Below are positions 48,133 through 59,200 of a DNA stretch of 64,000 nt, piece after piece. The position numbers and the translations under genes were made by a program. Within the stretch, counting starts at the first letter, position 1. Each line of letters starts with the position of its first letter. This DNA is from an uncultured Gammaproteobacteria bacterium (GTDB lineage: Bacteria > Patescibacteriota > Microgenomatia > UBA8517 > UBA10165). The notes beneath the pieces were generated by a model, which did no database searches, was not told where the DNA came from, and worked only from the letters and a program-made list of their open reading frames with translations. The DNA lies in the NCBI GenBank assembly GCA_964472675.1, contig CAYYLO010000003.1, forward strand, positions 3,768 through 67,767, given 5' to 3'.

Positions 48133-48579
48133 TTACTCGCGGTTTCCTTTGACGGCTTTTAGCACTTCTTCCTCTTTTTCCAGTTCTTTCTTTTGGTAAT
48201 TTATTAAGAGTTTCAAAATTTCATTTTGTTTGGAATTTACCTCTTCAACACGATCAACAGTTTGTTTGGTATGCTCAATCATTTTACGCAAAGTACGTTC
48301 TGAGCGGTTGGCGGCAGCCGCAACCAAAAAACCTATGTAAAGTTCTGCAAGTGTTGTTATGGTGTTTAGTGGAAAATTCCATGCATTTGAAGTAAACCAG
48401 TCAGGCAAGAAGTCTCCTCTTGCAAATAATTCGCGTTGCGTATAGCCCAAAGCAAACCAGACAACCACAGCCAAAATCCAAAAAGCGATGTTCGTAGGCG
48501 TACCCATCCCCCACGAAACAACGTCTGCTATGCGGATAAATTTCTCATTAAGCTTTTTCATTTCTTTAGAGATTGCCAT
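48133..48579 (-). CDS. low-affinity iron permease-like (PF04120-like) small membrane protein
   Basis: NTITTLAELYIGFLVAAAANRSERTLRKMIE resembles NTxTTIxTFLMVFLIQNxQNRD. Confidence 0.35.
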   Translation of the reverse strand: MAISKEMKKLNEKFIRIADVVSWGMGTPTNIAFWILAVVVWFALGYTQRELFARGDFLPDWFTSNAWNFPLNTITTLAELYIGFLVAAAANRSERTLRKMIEHTKQTVDRVEEVNSKQNEILKLLINYQKKELEKEEEVLKAVKGNRE

Positions 48580-48622
48580 GTCGCTTTGCTCCTGGCAATG
48601 ACAATCACTATAATTACTTCAT

Positions 48623-49318
48623 ATGTTGGGGAAATTGTCAATTGTTGCTACTCCTATTGGAAATTTAGGCGATATTACATATCGGGCGATACAAACGTTG
48701 ATGGAGTGTGATGTCATCTTAGCTGAGGATACAAGAACTACGGCCAAATTGCTAACCCATTATCAAATTCCCCGCAAAGAATTAATTTCTTTTTTTGAAG
48801 GGAACGAAGAACGCAGGCTAAAGTCTGTTATTACACTTCTGCAAGAGGGGAAACATGTTGTGCTTGTCTCAGAATCTGGCACACCTTTAATCTCTGATCC
48901 TGGATACAAACTAGTTCGTGAAGCGCTAAGCAGGGAGTTAAGCGTGGAATCCATTCCCGGGCCAACTGCTCTAATTGGCGCTCTGACCATATCAGGATTG
49001 CCATCAAACGCTTTTTTATTCTTGGGATTTTTACCTAAAAAAGAAGCGCATATAAAACGTCTGTTTTTGTCTGTACGTGATACGTTGTGGGATGTCGGAC
49101 AACTAAAAACTGTTATTTTTTACGAAAGCCCCTACAGGTTGCTAAAGTCTCTTACCCTGATAAAACAAGTGTTTGAGGAGGCAGACATTGTGGTTGCGCG
49201 TGAACTAACCAAAATACATGAAGAGGTTAAGAGAGGAAAGGTGTCAGAAATAATTAGCCACTTTGAGAAAGTAAAACCAAGGGGAGAGTTTGTAGTTCTG
49301 CTTCGTTCATTAAATTAA
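48623..49318 (+). CDS. rsmI: 16S rRNA (cytidine1402-2'-O)-methyltransferase RsmI
   Basis: Tetrapyrrole-methylase fold; N-terminal LSIVATPIGNLGDITYRA. Confidence 0.7.
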   Translation: MLGKLSIVATPIGNLGDITYRAIQTLMECDVILAEDTRTTAKLLTHYQIPRKELISFFEGNEERRLKSVITLLQEGKHVVLVSESGTPLISDPGYKLVREALSRELSVESIPGPTALIGALTISGLPSNAFLFLGFLPKKEAHIKRLFLSVRDTLWDVGQLKTVIFYESPYRLLKSLTLIKQVFEEADIVVARELTKIHEEVKRGKVSEIISHFEKVKPRGEFVVLLRSLN

Positions 49319-50944
49319 CGAACGTCCTGTCATTTCCTGTGGCTTTGGCAAGCCCAATATTTTCAAAATTGTGGGGGCAACATCTGCTAATATTCCTGTT
49401 TGCAGTTGCTGAAAATCACCCATAAACTCTTTTCCTGCAATTATTAAAGGAACAGGATTGTTAGAATGCTCCGTATCTATAGTGCCGTCTGATTTAAGCA
49501 ATTCCTCCGCATTGCCATGATCAGCAGTAATTATTGTTACTCCTCCAAGGTTGGAAACTCTCGAGACTATATTGCCAACACAAGTGTCAACAGTTTCGAC
49601 AGCAGACTTTGTTGCCTCATAATTTCCCGTATGGCCAACCATGTCGGGGTTTGCAAAGTTAATTAATACAAACTTAAAATTATTTGGTGGGGCAAGAGCG
49701 TTTTGAAAGTTTTTAACGATTTCTAAAGCAGACATTTGAGGCGCTAAATCGTAAGTCGCGACTTGAGGAGAACGGGCAATAATCCGTGTCTCGCCACGAA
49801 AGGCCATCTCTCTTTGCCCATTAAAATAATAAGTTACAAACCTTTCTTTTTCAGATTCCGCAAGCCGAAGCTGCAAATAGTTTCTTTGTGAGATTACATC
49901 CCCTAAAGGTAAAGTCACATTCTCGGGGGGGAAAGCAGCTTTTGCGTATTTTGCAATGACTTTGCTATATTCTGTCATTGTCGCAAAATATAAATTTTTA
50001 ATTTTCGGACGTCTTGGGAAAATGTTGCTCCCTTCAACTTTAACGTTCTCTTTCTTATAATATTTCTCAGAGTAAGGGTCAAAATCCATATGGCTTGCCG
50101 CTGCTTCTTTGGAAAAATCTTCAAAAACAAAGGCTCCGGCAAGTTGTCGTGGACGGTCAACTCTGAAGTTAAAAAATATTACCGCATCATTTTCCCTTAC
50201 CAAGTAAGGCGTCTGCCCGCCTTCTTCTAAAATTGCGGGGTGTATGAATTCATCTGTAATTCCATTATCGTAAGATTGTTGTATAGCTTCTTTTATGGAT
50301 GCTGTATGTTTTGCCGCCCCTGCAGTTAACGCATCAAAAGCAACCTTTGTCCTCTCCCACCTTAGATCCCTATCCATTGCCCAATACCTTCCCATAACTG
50401 AAACAAATTTTCCAATTGACTGAGTTGACATGAATTTCTCTATGTTAGCAATATATGAAATTCCAGCGGTTGGTGGCGAATCGCGCCCGTCTGTAAAAGC
50501 GTGGACGAGGACGTTTTGTGATAAATTTTGCTCTTTGGCAAGCCGCAAAAGCCCTAAAAGGTGATCAGTGCTGGAATGAACTCCCCCACCTCCAACTAAG
50601 CCAAAAAGGTGCAGGCGTGAATTATTTTTTTTAACATGCTCTATCGCTCCCAAAAAAGCAGGATTCTTAAAATAAACTCCACTGGCAATAGACATGTTTA
50701 TCCGCAAAAGATCCTGGTAGACAATCCTGCCCGCACCCAGGTTTAAGTGGCCGGTCTCTGTATTTCCCACTTCGCCTCTTGGCAAACCTACAGCTTCTCC
50801 TGAGGCAAGCAAAGTTGTATGCGGAAAACCCGCCCACAGTTTTCTAATAGTTGGCAGGTTTGCTGCCATTATCGGATTTCCAGGACCTGCCGGCGCCGTT
50901 CCCCAACCATCCATAACGATTAAAACTACTAAGGGATAGTTCAT
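49310..50944 (-). CDS. gpmI: 2,3-bisphosphoglycerate-independent phosphoglycerate mutase
   Basis: VVLIVMDGWG N-terminus, metalloenzyme domain, 544 aa. Confidence 0.85.
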   Translation of the reverse strand: MNYPLVVLIVMDGWGTAPAGPGNPIMAANLPTIRKLWAGFPHTTLLASGEAVGLPRGEVGNTETGHLNLGAGRIVYQDLLRINMSIASGVYFKNPAFLGAIEHVKKNNSRLHLFGLVGGGGVHSSTDHLLGLLRLAKEQNLSQNVLVHAFTDGRDSPPTAGISYIANIEKFMSTQSIGKFVSVMGRYWAMDRDLRWERTKVAFDALTAGAAKHTASIKEAIQQSYDNGITDEFIHPAILEEGGQTPYLVRENDAVIFFNFRVDRPRQLAGAFVFEDFSKEAAASHMDFDPYSEKYYKKENVKVEGSNIFPRRPKIKNLYFATMTEYSKVIAKYAKAAFPPENVTLPLGDVISQRNYLQLRLAESEKERFVTYYFNGQREMAFRGETRIIARSPQVATYDLAPQMSALEIVKNFQNALAPPNNFKFVLINFANPDMVGHTGNYEATKSAVETVDTCVGNIVSRVSNLGGVTIITADHGNAEELLKSDGTIDTEHSNNPVPLIIAGKEFMGDFQQLQTGILADVAPTILKILGLPKPQEMTGRSLI

Positions 50945-51041
50945 CGGGTAAATTTATAATTTTGCAATTTTCAATTTCCATTCCAGTCCGAGCGTGTACA
51001 TGTCTCAATGTATTAATTTTTCAAAATTAGAGCATTGAAAA

Positions 51042-52319
51042 TTATTGCTGTGCAGATAGTTCCTTTTCTATTGTAAGTAACCTGTTGTATTTGGCTATAC
51101 GTTCTCCTCGGGCTGGCGCTCCAAATTTTACGTAATCGCTTTTTACGCCAACAGCAAAATCAGCAATAAACCAATCGTTAGTTTCGCCTGACCTGTGAGA
51201 AACAATTACTTTCCAGGATGCATCTCTTGCCAGTTTAATAACGTCTAAAGTTTCCGTGACAGTTCCTATTTGGTTGGGTTTTACTAAAATTGCGTTACAC
51301 GCCTTTTGGTCAATTGCCTGTTTGACTCTTTCCGGATTGGTAACAAGAAGGTCATCTCCAACAATCATCATTTTGTTTCCTTCTTGTGAAGTGATAACTT
51401 TCCAGGACTCCCAGTCTTCCTCGTGGAAAGGGTCTTCAAGGTATGTCAATCTATACTCCTGGTTTATGCTGTCGTAAAAAGAAATTAAGGCTGAGCTGTT
51501 AAGAACGTTTGAGCGGTCTTTAATTGTGTAGCTTCCATTCTTCCAGATTGTGTTTGCCGCGACGTCAAGTCCTAAAAAAAAGTCCTGTCCGATTTGGTAT
51601 CCTGCTTCTCTGATGGCTTCTACATTGATTTCTAATGCGTCAGCGTTGGTAAACAAGTTGGGCGCAAAACCTCCTTCATCCCCAACTGAATGAATCGCTC
51701 CGCGGCGAATTAACGCCTGGCGAATTTGGTAATAAACTTCAACAGAAGACCTTAAACTTTCAGAGAAAACTTTAGAGGTAGCAGGGATAACCTGAAATTC
51801 CTGAAAATCCAGGTTTCCGGCTCCGTGCTGACCTCCGTTTATCATGTTAAAAACTGGAGTTGGTATTCGTGACGGGAGGCCAGGGGTAGACGCCTGAAGG
51901 TTTTCGGCTAACTTGCTAATCCAATTGTACAAAGGCATTCCTGAGGCAACAGCTCCGGCTTTACAAATCCCTTCCGATACGGAAAGAATAGCGTTTCCTC
52001 CAATGCTCTTTTTCTCTTTCGTCCCGTCAAGCTGGATTAACTTCTGGTCAATTTCCGCCTGATTTGTTGGATCCATTCCTGTTAAAGCAGGCCCCAACTT
52101 TTGATTAACATTGTCAACAGCCTGCAATACCCCTTTGCCTGCAAATCTTTTGCTGTCATTATCCCTTAACTCTAATGCTTCTCTTGATCCAACAGAAGCA
52201 CCGGAAGGAACAGAAGATACTGTGGCTTGGCCACTGTCTAGTCGAACAATTGTTTCAATAGTCGGATCTCCCCGGCTATCTAATATCTCATGAGCATAAA
52301 TTTGAGTGATTCTAGACAT
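51042..52319 (-). CDS. eno: enolase (start trimmed to MSRITQIYAHEILDSRG)
   Basis: EILDSRGDPTIE, active-site regions; ~425 aa. Confidence 0.9.
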   Translation of the reverse strand: MSRITQIYAHEILDSRGDPTIETIVRLDSGQATVSSVPSGASVGSREALELRDNDSKRFAGKGVLQAVDNVNQKLGPALTGMDPTNQAEIDQKLIQLDGTKEKKSIGGNAILSVSEGICKAGAVASGMPLYNWISKLAENLQASTPGLPSRIPTPVFNMINGGQHGAGNLDFQEFQVIPATSKVFSESLRSSVEVYYQIRQALIRRGAIHSVGDEGGFAPNLFTNADALEINVEAIREAGYQIGQDFFLGLDVAANTIWKNGSYTIKDRSNVLNSSALISFYDSINQEYRLTYLEDPFHEEDWESWKVITSQEGNKMMIVGDDLLVTNPERVKQAIDQKACNAILVKPNQIGTVTETLDVIKLARDASWKVIVSHRSGETNDWFIADFAVGVKSDYVKFGAPARGERIAKYNRLLTIEKELSAQQ

Positions 52320-54615
52320 GTTTTTCGCATTCCTGTACAATTCTTTGCACTCTCCCGACAGAATCAGGATTGACCGAAACGCTGGTTATTCCTAACTTTA
52401 CAAGAAACTCCACCAAGTCGTCGTGTGAACTTGCTGCCTGACCGCAAATCGAAGAGGTAATGCCATGCTTGTTGCAGGCTTTAATTGTGTGCTCTAAAGC
52501 CCACAAAACCGCAGGGCTTAGCTCGTTAAAAGCCGACGCGACCTCGCTGTTGTCACGATCAGTCCCTAACATCAACATTGTTAGGTCGTTGGAACCTATC
52601 GAAACTCCGTCAATACCTACTTTAATATAATCCTCAATCAAAACAACATTAACAGGCAGCTCAACCATTAACCATAATTTAAAACTTGGACCCCTTACTA
52701 ACCCTGACGCTGCCATTATTCTTTTGACCTGTAAAAGTTCCTCAGGAGACCTGACAAAAGGTATCATCATGTTCAAGTTTTTATAAGTTTCGCGCACTTT
52801 TTTAATAGCCGCAAGCTCAAGCTCAAACACGTCCGGATCTGAAATATATCTGTAAGCGCCTCTGTAACCAAGCATAGGATTTGGCTCCTGCGGCTCATAT
52901 GCCTTTCCACCGTCAAGATTCCTGTACTCGTTAGTTTTAAAATCTGTAGCCCGATAAACAATCGGTCGTGGGTCAAACTCTTGGCAAAATGTTGTCAATC
53001 CGGAAGCTAGTTTATCGACAAATTCTTTCTGGCGACGTTGTGCGATCAGGTGCCTAGGATGAACACCAATTTGAGCAACCATAAATTCAGCCCGCAACAG
53101 TCCGACGCCCGAAACGGGAAGAAGAGAAACTTCATGCGCCCTTTCAGGTTCTGCCAAATTTACATATATTTTTGTTGCTGTGCGGATTGCCGGATCCGCT
53201 TTGTCCTGGACAACTTGCCGGCTTGCTACCTTGCTGACAAGTTGGGCCTTCTCAGGCTTTCCCCTATACACTTCCCCGGTCTTACCATTTACGGTAACTA
53301 TGTCACCATCTTTTAAATTTTTTGTAGCAAGCTTTGTGCCAACAATGCAGGGAAGCCCAAGCTCACGGGAGACTATCGCAGCATGTGACGTTACTCCGCC
53401 TTCATCAGTTACAATTGCTCCTGCTTGCTTCATTGCCGGAACATAATCCGGTGAAGTCATGCGGGCAACCAAAACATCTCCTTTTTTAACTTTTCCAATT
53501 TCTTTGGGTGAGTGGAGTATTTTTACTTTTCCTGTAGCAATTCCGGGACTTGCACCTTGTCCTATTAAAATCGCCTCACCTGTGGTCTGCTTGCCTGCCT
53601 CATTGGAATTTGGAGACTGGACATTGGAACTTCCACTCGATAGAGTGGTAATTGGCCTTACCTGAATAACATAGAAAGCACCCTTATTGTATGCCCATTC
53701 AATATCCTGGGGGAAGTAATAATGGGCGTGAATTCGCTGCAAAATTCTGCCCAATTCTTTGATTTTATCTTCAGAAAGTTTTTGTCTGTTCTGGCGATTT
53801 CCTGGGACCTTTTCTTCTTTTGTTTTGGCCCCTTTTCTTATTAACTGAACTTTTTGCTCGTGTTTGTCGATCTTTTGGATTTCCAATGAATGTCTTTCAA
53901 GTTCATATCTGTCCGGCGTAACCGTGCCCTGTACTGCATATTCCCCCAAGCCCCAAACTGCTTCAACAACCATTTTATGTTTGTCTGAAGTTCTGGGGTC
54001 GTTGGTAAATGCAATTCCGGAAATCTCCGACTGAACCATCTCCTGAACAACAACAGCAATGTAAACTTTAAAATGATTAAAACCTTTTTCTTCCCGATAA
54101 AAAATAGCGCGTGGAGTAAAAAGAGATGCCCAGCAATCTTTAACTGCCTGCAAAAGTTGCGCTTCGCCGCGAATATTTAAGAATGTCGCTTGTTGGCCGG
54201 CAAAGGATGCATCAGGCAAATCTTCTGCAGTTGCCGAAGAACGCACAGCAACCAATGGCTGCTTTTTAAAAAGTCCGCGTTTCCCATAGCTTTGCACAAT
54301 TTCTTGGGCAATCTCTTGAGGCATTTTACTTTTCAACAAAAGCTTGATTATTTTTTCAGAAGCAGATTGAAAATGCTCTGGGGCTACTTTCCGGTGACCT
54401 ACGATTCCCGCAGATTTAAGAATGTCCCGGATTTGCGAGGATAAACCATTCTCCTCAATAAACTTTTTATAGGCGGAAGCTGTTACCACAAACCCAGTGG
54501 GGACAGGAAAGCTAGCCTGGTACATTTCGCCAAGATTTGCACCTTTCCCTCCAGCAAGAGCGATACTATCGTGGTCAATTTCTGAGAATTTGAGGATGTA
54601 GCTTGCAGGTCCCAT
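52312..54615 (-). CDS. ppsA: phosphoenolpyruvate synthase (pyruvate, water dikinase)
   Basis: N-terminal ATP-grasp (GGKGANLGEM), central phospho-His domain (GGVTSHAAIVSRELGLPCIVG), C-terminal PEP-utilising TIM barrel. Confidence 0.75.
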   Translation of the reverse strand: MGPASYILKFSEIDHDSIALAGGKGANLGEMYQASFPVPTGFVVTASAYKKFIEENGLSSQIRDILKSAGIVGHRKVAPEHFQSASEKIIKLLLKSKMPQEIAQEIVQSYGKRGLFKKQPLVAVRSSATAEDLPDASFAGQQATFLNIRGEAQLLQAVKDCWASLFTPRAIFYREEKGFNHFKVYIAVVVQEMVQSEISGIAFTNDPRTSDKHKMVVEAVWGLGEYAVQGTVTPDRYELERHSLEIQKIDKHEQKVQLIRKGAKTKEEKVPGNRQNRQKLSEDKIKELGRILQRIHAHYYFPQDIEWAYNKGAFYVIQVRPITTLSSGSSNVQSPNSNEAGKQTTGEAILIGQGASPGIATGKVKILHSPKEIGKVKKGDVLVARMTSPDYVPAMKQAGAIVTDEGGVTSHAAIVSRELGLPCIVGTKLATKNLKDGDIVTVNGKTGEVYRGKPEKAQLVSKVASRQVVQDKADPAIRTATKIYVNLAEPERAHEVSLLPVSGVGLLRAEFMVAQIGVHPRHLIAQRRQKEFVDKLASGLTTFCQEFDPRPIVYRATDFKTNEYRNLDGGKAYEPQEPNPMLGYRGAYRYISDPDVFELELAAIKKVRETYKNLNMMIPFVRSPEELLQVKRIMAASGLVRGPSFKLWLMVELPVNVVLIEDYIKVGIDGVSIGSNDLTMLMLGTDRDNSEVASAFNELSPAVLWALEHTIKACNKHGITSSICGQAASSHDDLVEFLVKLGITSVSVNPDSVGRVQRIVQECEKHV

Positions 54616-54631
54616 TGGCAGTGTTGTATTT

Positions 54632-55861
54632 TCATTCTAACTTAACAGCTAGCAATATGCCAACTGTAAGTATTGACGCTGTGGCCAAAAAGATAATCCA
54701 AGTTGGGGAAGATACCCCGACCACAGGAGTAACAGGTGCAATCGCGGTTTTGGCTGAGGAGTTTGTCGGAGTGGACACGCCGAGAATGGAAAAATTTGAG
54801 GTGTCTTGATTGCTACCAGAAGCAATTGTGACTGTATGTTGGCCTGCGGCTAAACTCTGATTAGGCGTATATGACCACTTCCCATCTTGCCCAACGGTTA
54901 CTTGAGCAGTCACAATCTGCGAGGAATGGATGGTAATAGTAATTATGTCTCCCGGTCTGCCGGTGCCTGAGAATGTTGGCTGGCCGGTGTTTACTGTTTC
55001 GCCTTTTCCAGGAGCTAAAACACTTAAAGGTATTGCCGATTCTGAGGCCTGTCTAATATTTTGGAGACTAAAATCAGAAGTTGCAGTTTGAGCAGGAGGA
55101 GTAAGAGTTACTTGGGCGGCAGACCCCTGTGTACTAAAAGAATATGTACCACCCAGCTTAATATTTGGTATAGGACGGACATTGTTGGTGTCTGCCGTGG
55201 CACGTGCGCTACCTGCTTTTCCCGCCTGAACATAAAGGTCAACGGTATCCCCAGCGGGTTTGTAAACGATATATGAAGATAAATTATCAGTTCTTGCATT
55301 ATTCAGGGTAATTAACCAATTGCCGTCCTCCCGAGTGTACGAAGAAAGAGGCGATCCGCCTTGTACAGTTAAGTAGACTAACGCGCCGGGGACCGGGCTA
55401 CCCGCTTGGTTGACAACCTTCCCAAATGCAGGTTCGGCAACTGCAGGAGGGTCATTTGTTGATGGTGCGGTTGTTATAAAAAAAGAAGAGCCATTGTTAT
55501 CATAGGCTGACGAACCGGATCCTATTTTGAAGAAGTAAAGAGTTTGCGGATTTAAATTTTCTATTGTTACATAATGCGTGTTCCTTGGTGTTTGCCCGCC
55601 TTTGTCACGGTCATCAGAAGCAGTCAACCCCAGTTTGTCAGTGTCGCCATAAACAATAAAGCCGGATGTTTGTTTATCAGTTAGCCAGGAGACAGAGAAG
55701 GAATTATCAGAAATATTTGTTATTTTAATTTCTTTGGGTTGTTCTTCAAGAGAAGCGTTGCTTCTAATATTCTGCCTGTTTAAGGCAAGAAAAACCATAA
55801 CAGGAAGCCCTGCTAAAAGCATCACCATCGATAAAATTCCAAAGATTTTCTTTTTGCTCAT
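54632..55861 (-). CDS. FN3/purple-acid-phosphatase-N-like domain surface protein with C-terminal TM anchor
   Basis: FSVSWLTDKQTSGFIVYGDT...HYVTIENLNPQTLYFFKI; paralogous N-terminus to 60318-61055. Confidence 0.45.
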   Translation of the reverse strand: MSKKKIFGILSMVMLLAGLPVMVFLALNRQNIRSNASLEEQPKEIKITNISDNSFSVSWLTDKQTSGFIVYGDTDKLGLTASDDRDKGGQTPRNTHYVTIENLNPQTLYFFKIGSGSSAYDNNGSSFFITTAPSTNDPPAVAEPAFGKVVNQAGSPVPGALVYLTVQGGSPLSSYTREDGNWLITLNNARTDNLSSYIVYKPAGDTVDLYVQAGKAGSARATADTNNVRPIPNIKLGGTYSFSTQGSAAQVTLTPPAQTATSDFSLQNIRQASESAIPLSVLAPGKGETVNTGQPTFSGTGRPGDIITITIHSSQIVTAQVTVGQDGKWSYTPNQSLAAGQHTVTIASGSNQDTSNFSILGVSTPTNSSAKTAIAPVTPVVGVSSPTWIIFLATASILTVGILLAVKLE

Positions 55862-55946
55862 AACTAATATTTTTGAAAAATATAAGAAACTATGGTACTA
55901 TCCGACTACTAAAATCGCCTGCAAGATCGAAAGACGTTTGCAGGCT

Positions 55947-56288
55947 TTATTTTTGTTTTCTTACTCTCAATTTTCCCAAAAATTTGCCGACGTCTTCTCC
56001 AGTAAGTAAGCGCGACTCTGAACATTGAGCAACCAAAGCCACGCTTGCTTTGTGCGAAAATAGCTTTTGCTGGTCTGATTGCAGTTTTCTAGATCTCTCG
56101 GTTCCATCGGTTCGCACTTTTCCCACGTAATATGTTGCAGAAACAAACTCGCGATTTTCACCAACAAGTATTTTTAAAAATCCGGAGAAGTTGAAGTCTA
56201 AGAGATTATGAAGTTCAAGATTCTTCAACTTAAAGTAAAAGTTGCTGCCATCTATTAGAATAATCACACGCTTATTAGTTTTAGGCAT
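55947..56288 (-). CDS. NYN-domain (PIN-like) protein
   Basis: VIILIDGSNFYF start is typical of the NYN/LabA N-terminus. Confidence 0.4.
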   Translation of the reverse strand: MPKTNKRVIILIDGSNFYFKLKNLELHNLLDFNFSGFLKILVGENREFVSATYYVGKVRTDGTERSRKLQSDQQKLFSHKASVALVAQCSESRLLTGEDVGKFLGKLRVRKQK

Positions 56289-56289
56289 T

Positions 56290-59200
56290 TTAGATTGCTA
56301 GTTCAGACTTATCTTTTACTTTAATGATATACCCTCGATTGACCTCAATCGGAAAGTCTTCGCCATATTGCTCCTTACTTTGCTTAACGTATGTATCCCA
56401 AAGGCCGGACTTCCAGCGAGCCATCGTTAAATCTCCACTAATTAAATCCGAAACCTTGTGGAATGTGCTGTTTTTAGGAAAACCTACCGCATTCCAGCCT
56501 GAAGCAAGAGTGGTTTTTAAAGGGGCCGCAAACTCTTGGCCCTCAAAAATCATGACCGACTTTTTAAGGTTTTTGACAAAGTAGGCTTTTCCGGGAAGTA
56601 ATGGGAAATCCTGTCCGGAATACGCCTTGTCTCCTCTTTGAACATAAGTTTGCCATTCCCCATTCTCTAGATTAGCAACAGAAGTTGCGTATCCGCCTTG
56701 TTTGGCAATCTGGGCAAGCAGACTTGAAGCAGTCAAAGGGATAGAAGGAACCGCCGTTAATGTAATCAAGTTCCACCCGGCGCTGAGATTTATAAACTTT
56801 TCCTGATTAACCTTCCTAAGCTCAACCTGAACTCCAGCCCAAGGTATTGCATGCTCGTTATCATCCCACTTCCCATTTTTATTCTGATCGTAGTATGTGG
56901 TTACTTTTATAGGCTGGTCGTTCTCTGTAGCGTAGGCAGCAATCTTTAAAAATGAGGTTTTATTACGTGCCTGGTTATTGGCGCCCTTATCATAATTTAT
57001 CCCAATAGGCACTACTTGTTCCCCATTCCTGATTTCTACTTTTTGGGGAAAGGCCAAGCTAATTTGTTCATAGCTTGGTACTCTAATGGTGTAATTACCG
57101 CTTTCTATTTTGCCACTCACGCTTCCGGTTTTGCCAGTGACAAACACATATCCCGAAGGTGTTTGAATAACAGACGGGTCAACAATGTCAGATTTTAAAA
57201 TTTCTTCCACTAGATCCTTTGAAACGAATCCGTCGTTACTTAGCGTGTGTTTAATAAAATTAAGCCTCGTTCTCATGTTAAAAATTTGGTAATGTTTTGG
57301 TTCGCCTTTATCAGATACTTGAGCATTAACATGCTTAACAAATGGAAAATTAAACGGAAGAAGTTTATTTTCTTCCTCACGTATTTCTATGATTCCTTTT
57401 ATGCCAATGTATTCCAATGGCGCAGAAACTGCCAACCCTGCTGCAACAATTGCTGCTCTCTCTTTGGGTGTTAATATTTGGACTTTTTCCGGCACATTTG
57501 TAGGCAGATGGGCTTCTATAACATTGGATGAAGTATCGGGCGTATTATCCAGGATCTCTTTTAATATCTGTTGCCCTTTTTGTTCGTTACCCTTCCCAAG
57601 TGGTTCATATAATCTACCGTAATAACCGCTGACGGCTGCTTCTATAACTTTTGCTTCAGCCTCAGGACGTTCTAAACCTTTATCTAAAACATACCCTCCT
57701 TCTTGCAGTTTCTGTATGATTTTTTCAACCGCATTGACTTGCTGTCCATATCCTGATACAAAATCAGGCTGTTTGCCTTGAAGTTCATAAGCTTTTAGGT
57801 TTGCCCATTCTGTTAATCCCTCTGTAAGTTTCTTTCGGTTTTCTACTCCACCCAATTGGTAATTAAGCGCTTCTGCTCTTTGAACTACATCTCTCGTTGT
57901 TAACCCACAAGCTGCGTGTATGCACTCATGTGTTACAACTGCTGATATATCCATATCTGCTCTGATTAAAAGCTGCTTATCGCTTCCAACATAAAGCCCG
58001 GCAGTGTTGGCAGGTTGGCCTAAAGCCTGAAGCTTTGCGGGAGTAACTATGTGTATGTTATCTGGATCGGTGGCACGCAAAATTGCGGAAAAAGCTTGTT
58101 TGTCTGCGCCATTATCTACAGCATATTTTCTCAAAGCTGCCAGGGAAGAAGCTGCATCATCTAATTTCGAAGCTAGAACTTTTTCGCCCTGGCTTTTAAG
58201 CAAAAGTGAATCAGTTAAGTCCAGCAATTGGTTAGCTACACCAGTATCGTACGTTAAGCGGGAATTATAACGTGCGGCAGCATTGATGGATGATTCTAAC
58301 TGGCCACCGTTTGCGTCAATCATTGCCTTTGCTGCTTGGTAATATTTAGATACTATTTCTTCTTCGGTTTTGCCTGCGCGCAACCACTCTGCAAAAACTT
58401 GCATTTGCGCTTTTTCAGACTCCTGGGAAAAATCATTAGTCAAATTGCCAAAAGTTTTTGTCCACACCTCCATTACTTTGAACCGAATAAATGCTGGTTG
58501 GTCGTCAAACGGTGTTAAAGGGGGGAATCCTTCATTTTGCCTGGTTCCAATTGTTTGTACGTAGTCACCAGCAGAAATTAAAGTTTGTGCAAATACCGGT
58601 TCACCTTTTTGCAAAGCAGTTTGAACAGCTCTTTCTTCCACGTTTAGAGCTTCTTTTTTGAAAAATCCGCCCACAAAATCAACAACTGTTTCTGCAGCAT
58701 TTCTTATTGGACTGGTCACGCGTTCGGCATATGGCGCTAAAAAATCGCCGCCTTTTTCCATAGCCTTGGCTCCGACGGTATTTAAAATTACAAATGCCGC
58801 ATAATCTTTCATTCCCTCATCAATTCTTTGCATCTGATCTTTGTCATATTGCGCAAGACGGTCTGCATAAGCTTTTTTAGCTGTCAATTGTTGTTCAAAG
58901 AAGGAAACATCGTCAGGCTGTTCGGTCCTAATTCTGTCAATTTCAGCCTTTAAATCGTCGCTTGATAACCTTTGAAGCCTGATTATTTCTCTTTCCTGTT
59001 CCGGGTCGATTACTCCAAATGGCGGAGAGAAACCTGTTCCCTGGCGCAAATTTTCAAGCTGGTCAAGATCACTTTTGTTTGCTTCGTTTCTAGCAATCTC
59101 AGCTTTGCCAAGGTCTAAACCTCCTCCGGATGCCATATTGAGACTAAACTCTCCTATGCTTTTTAGAGCGGTTTGTCCTTGCTGAAGCCGCTCCTGCCAC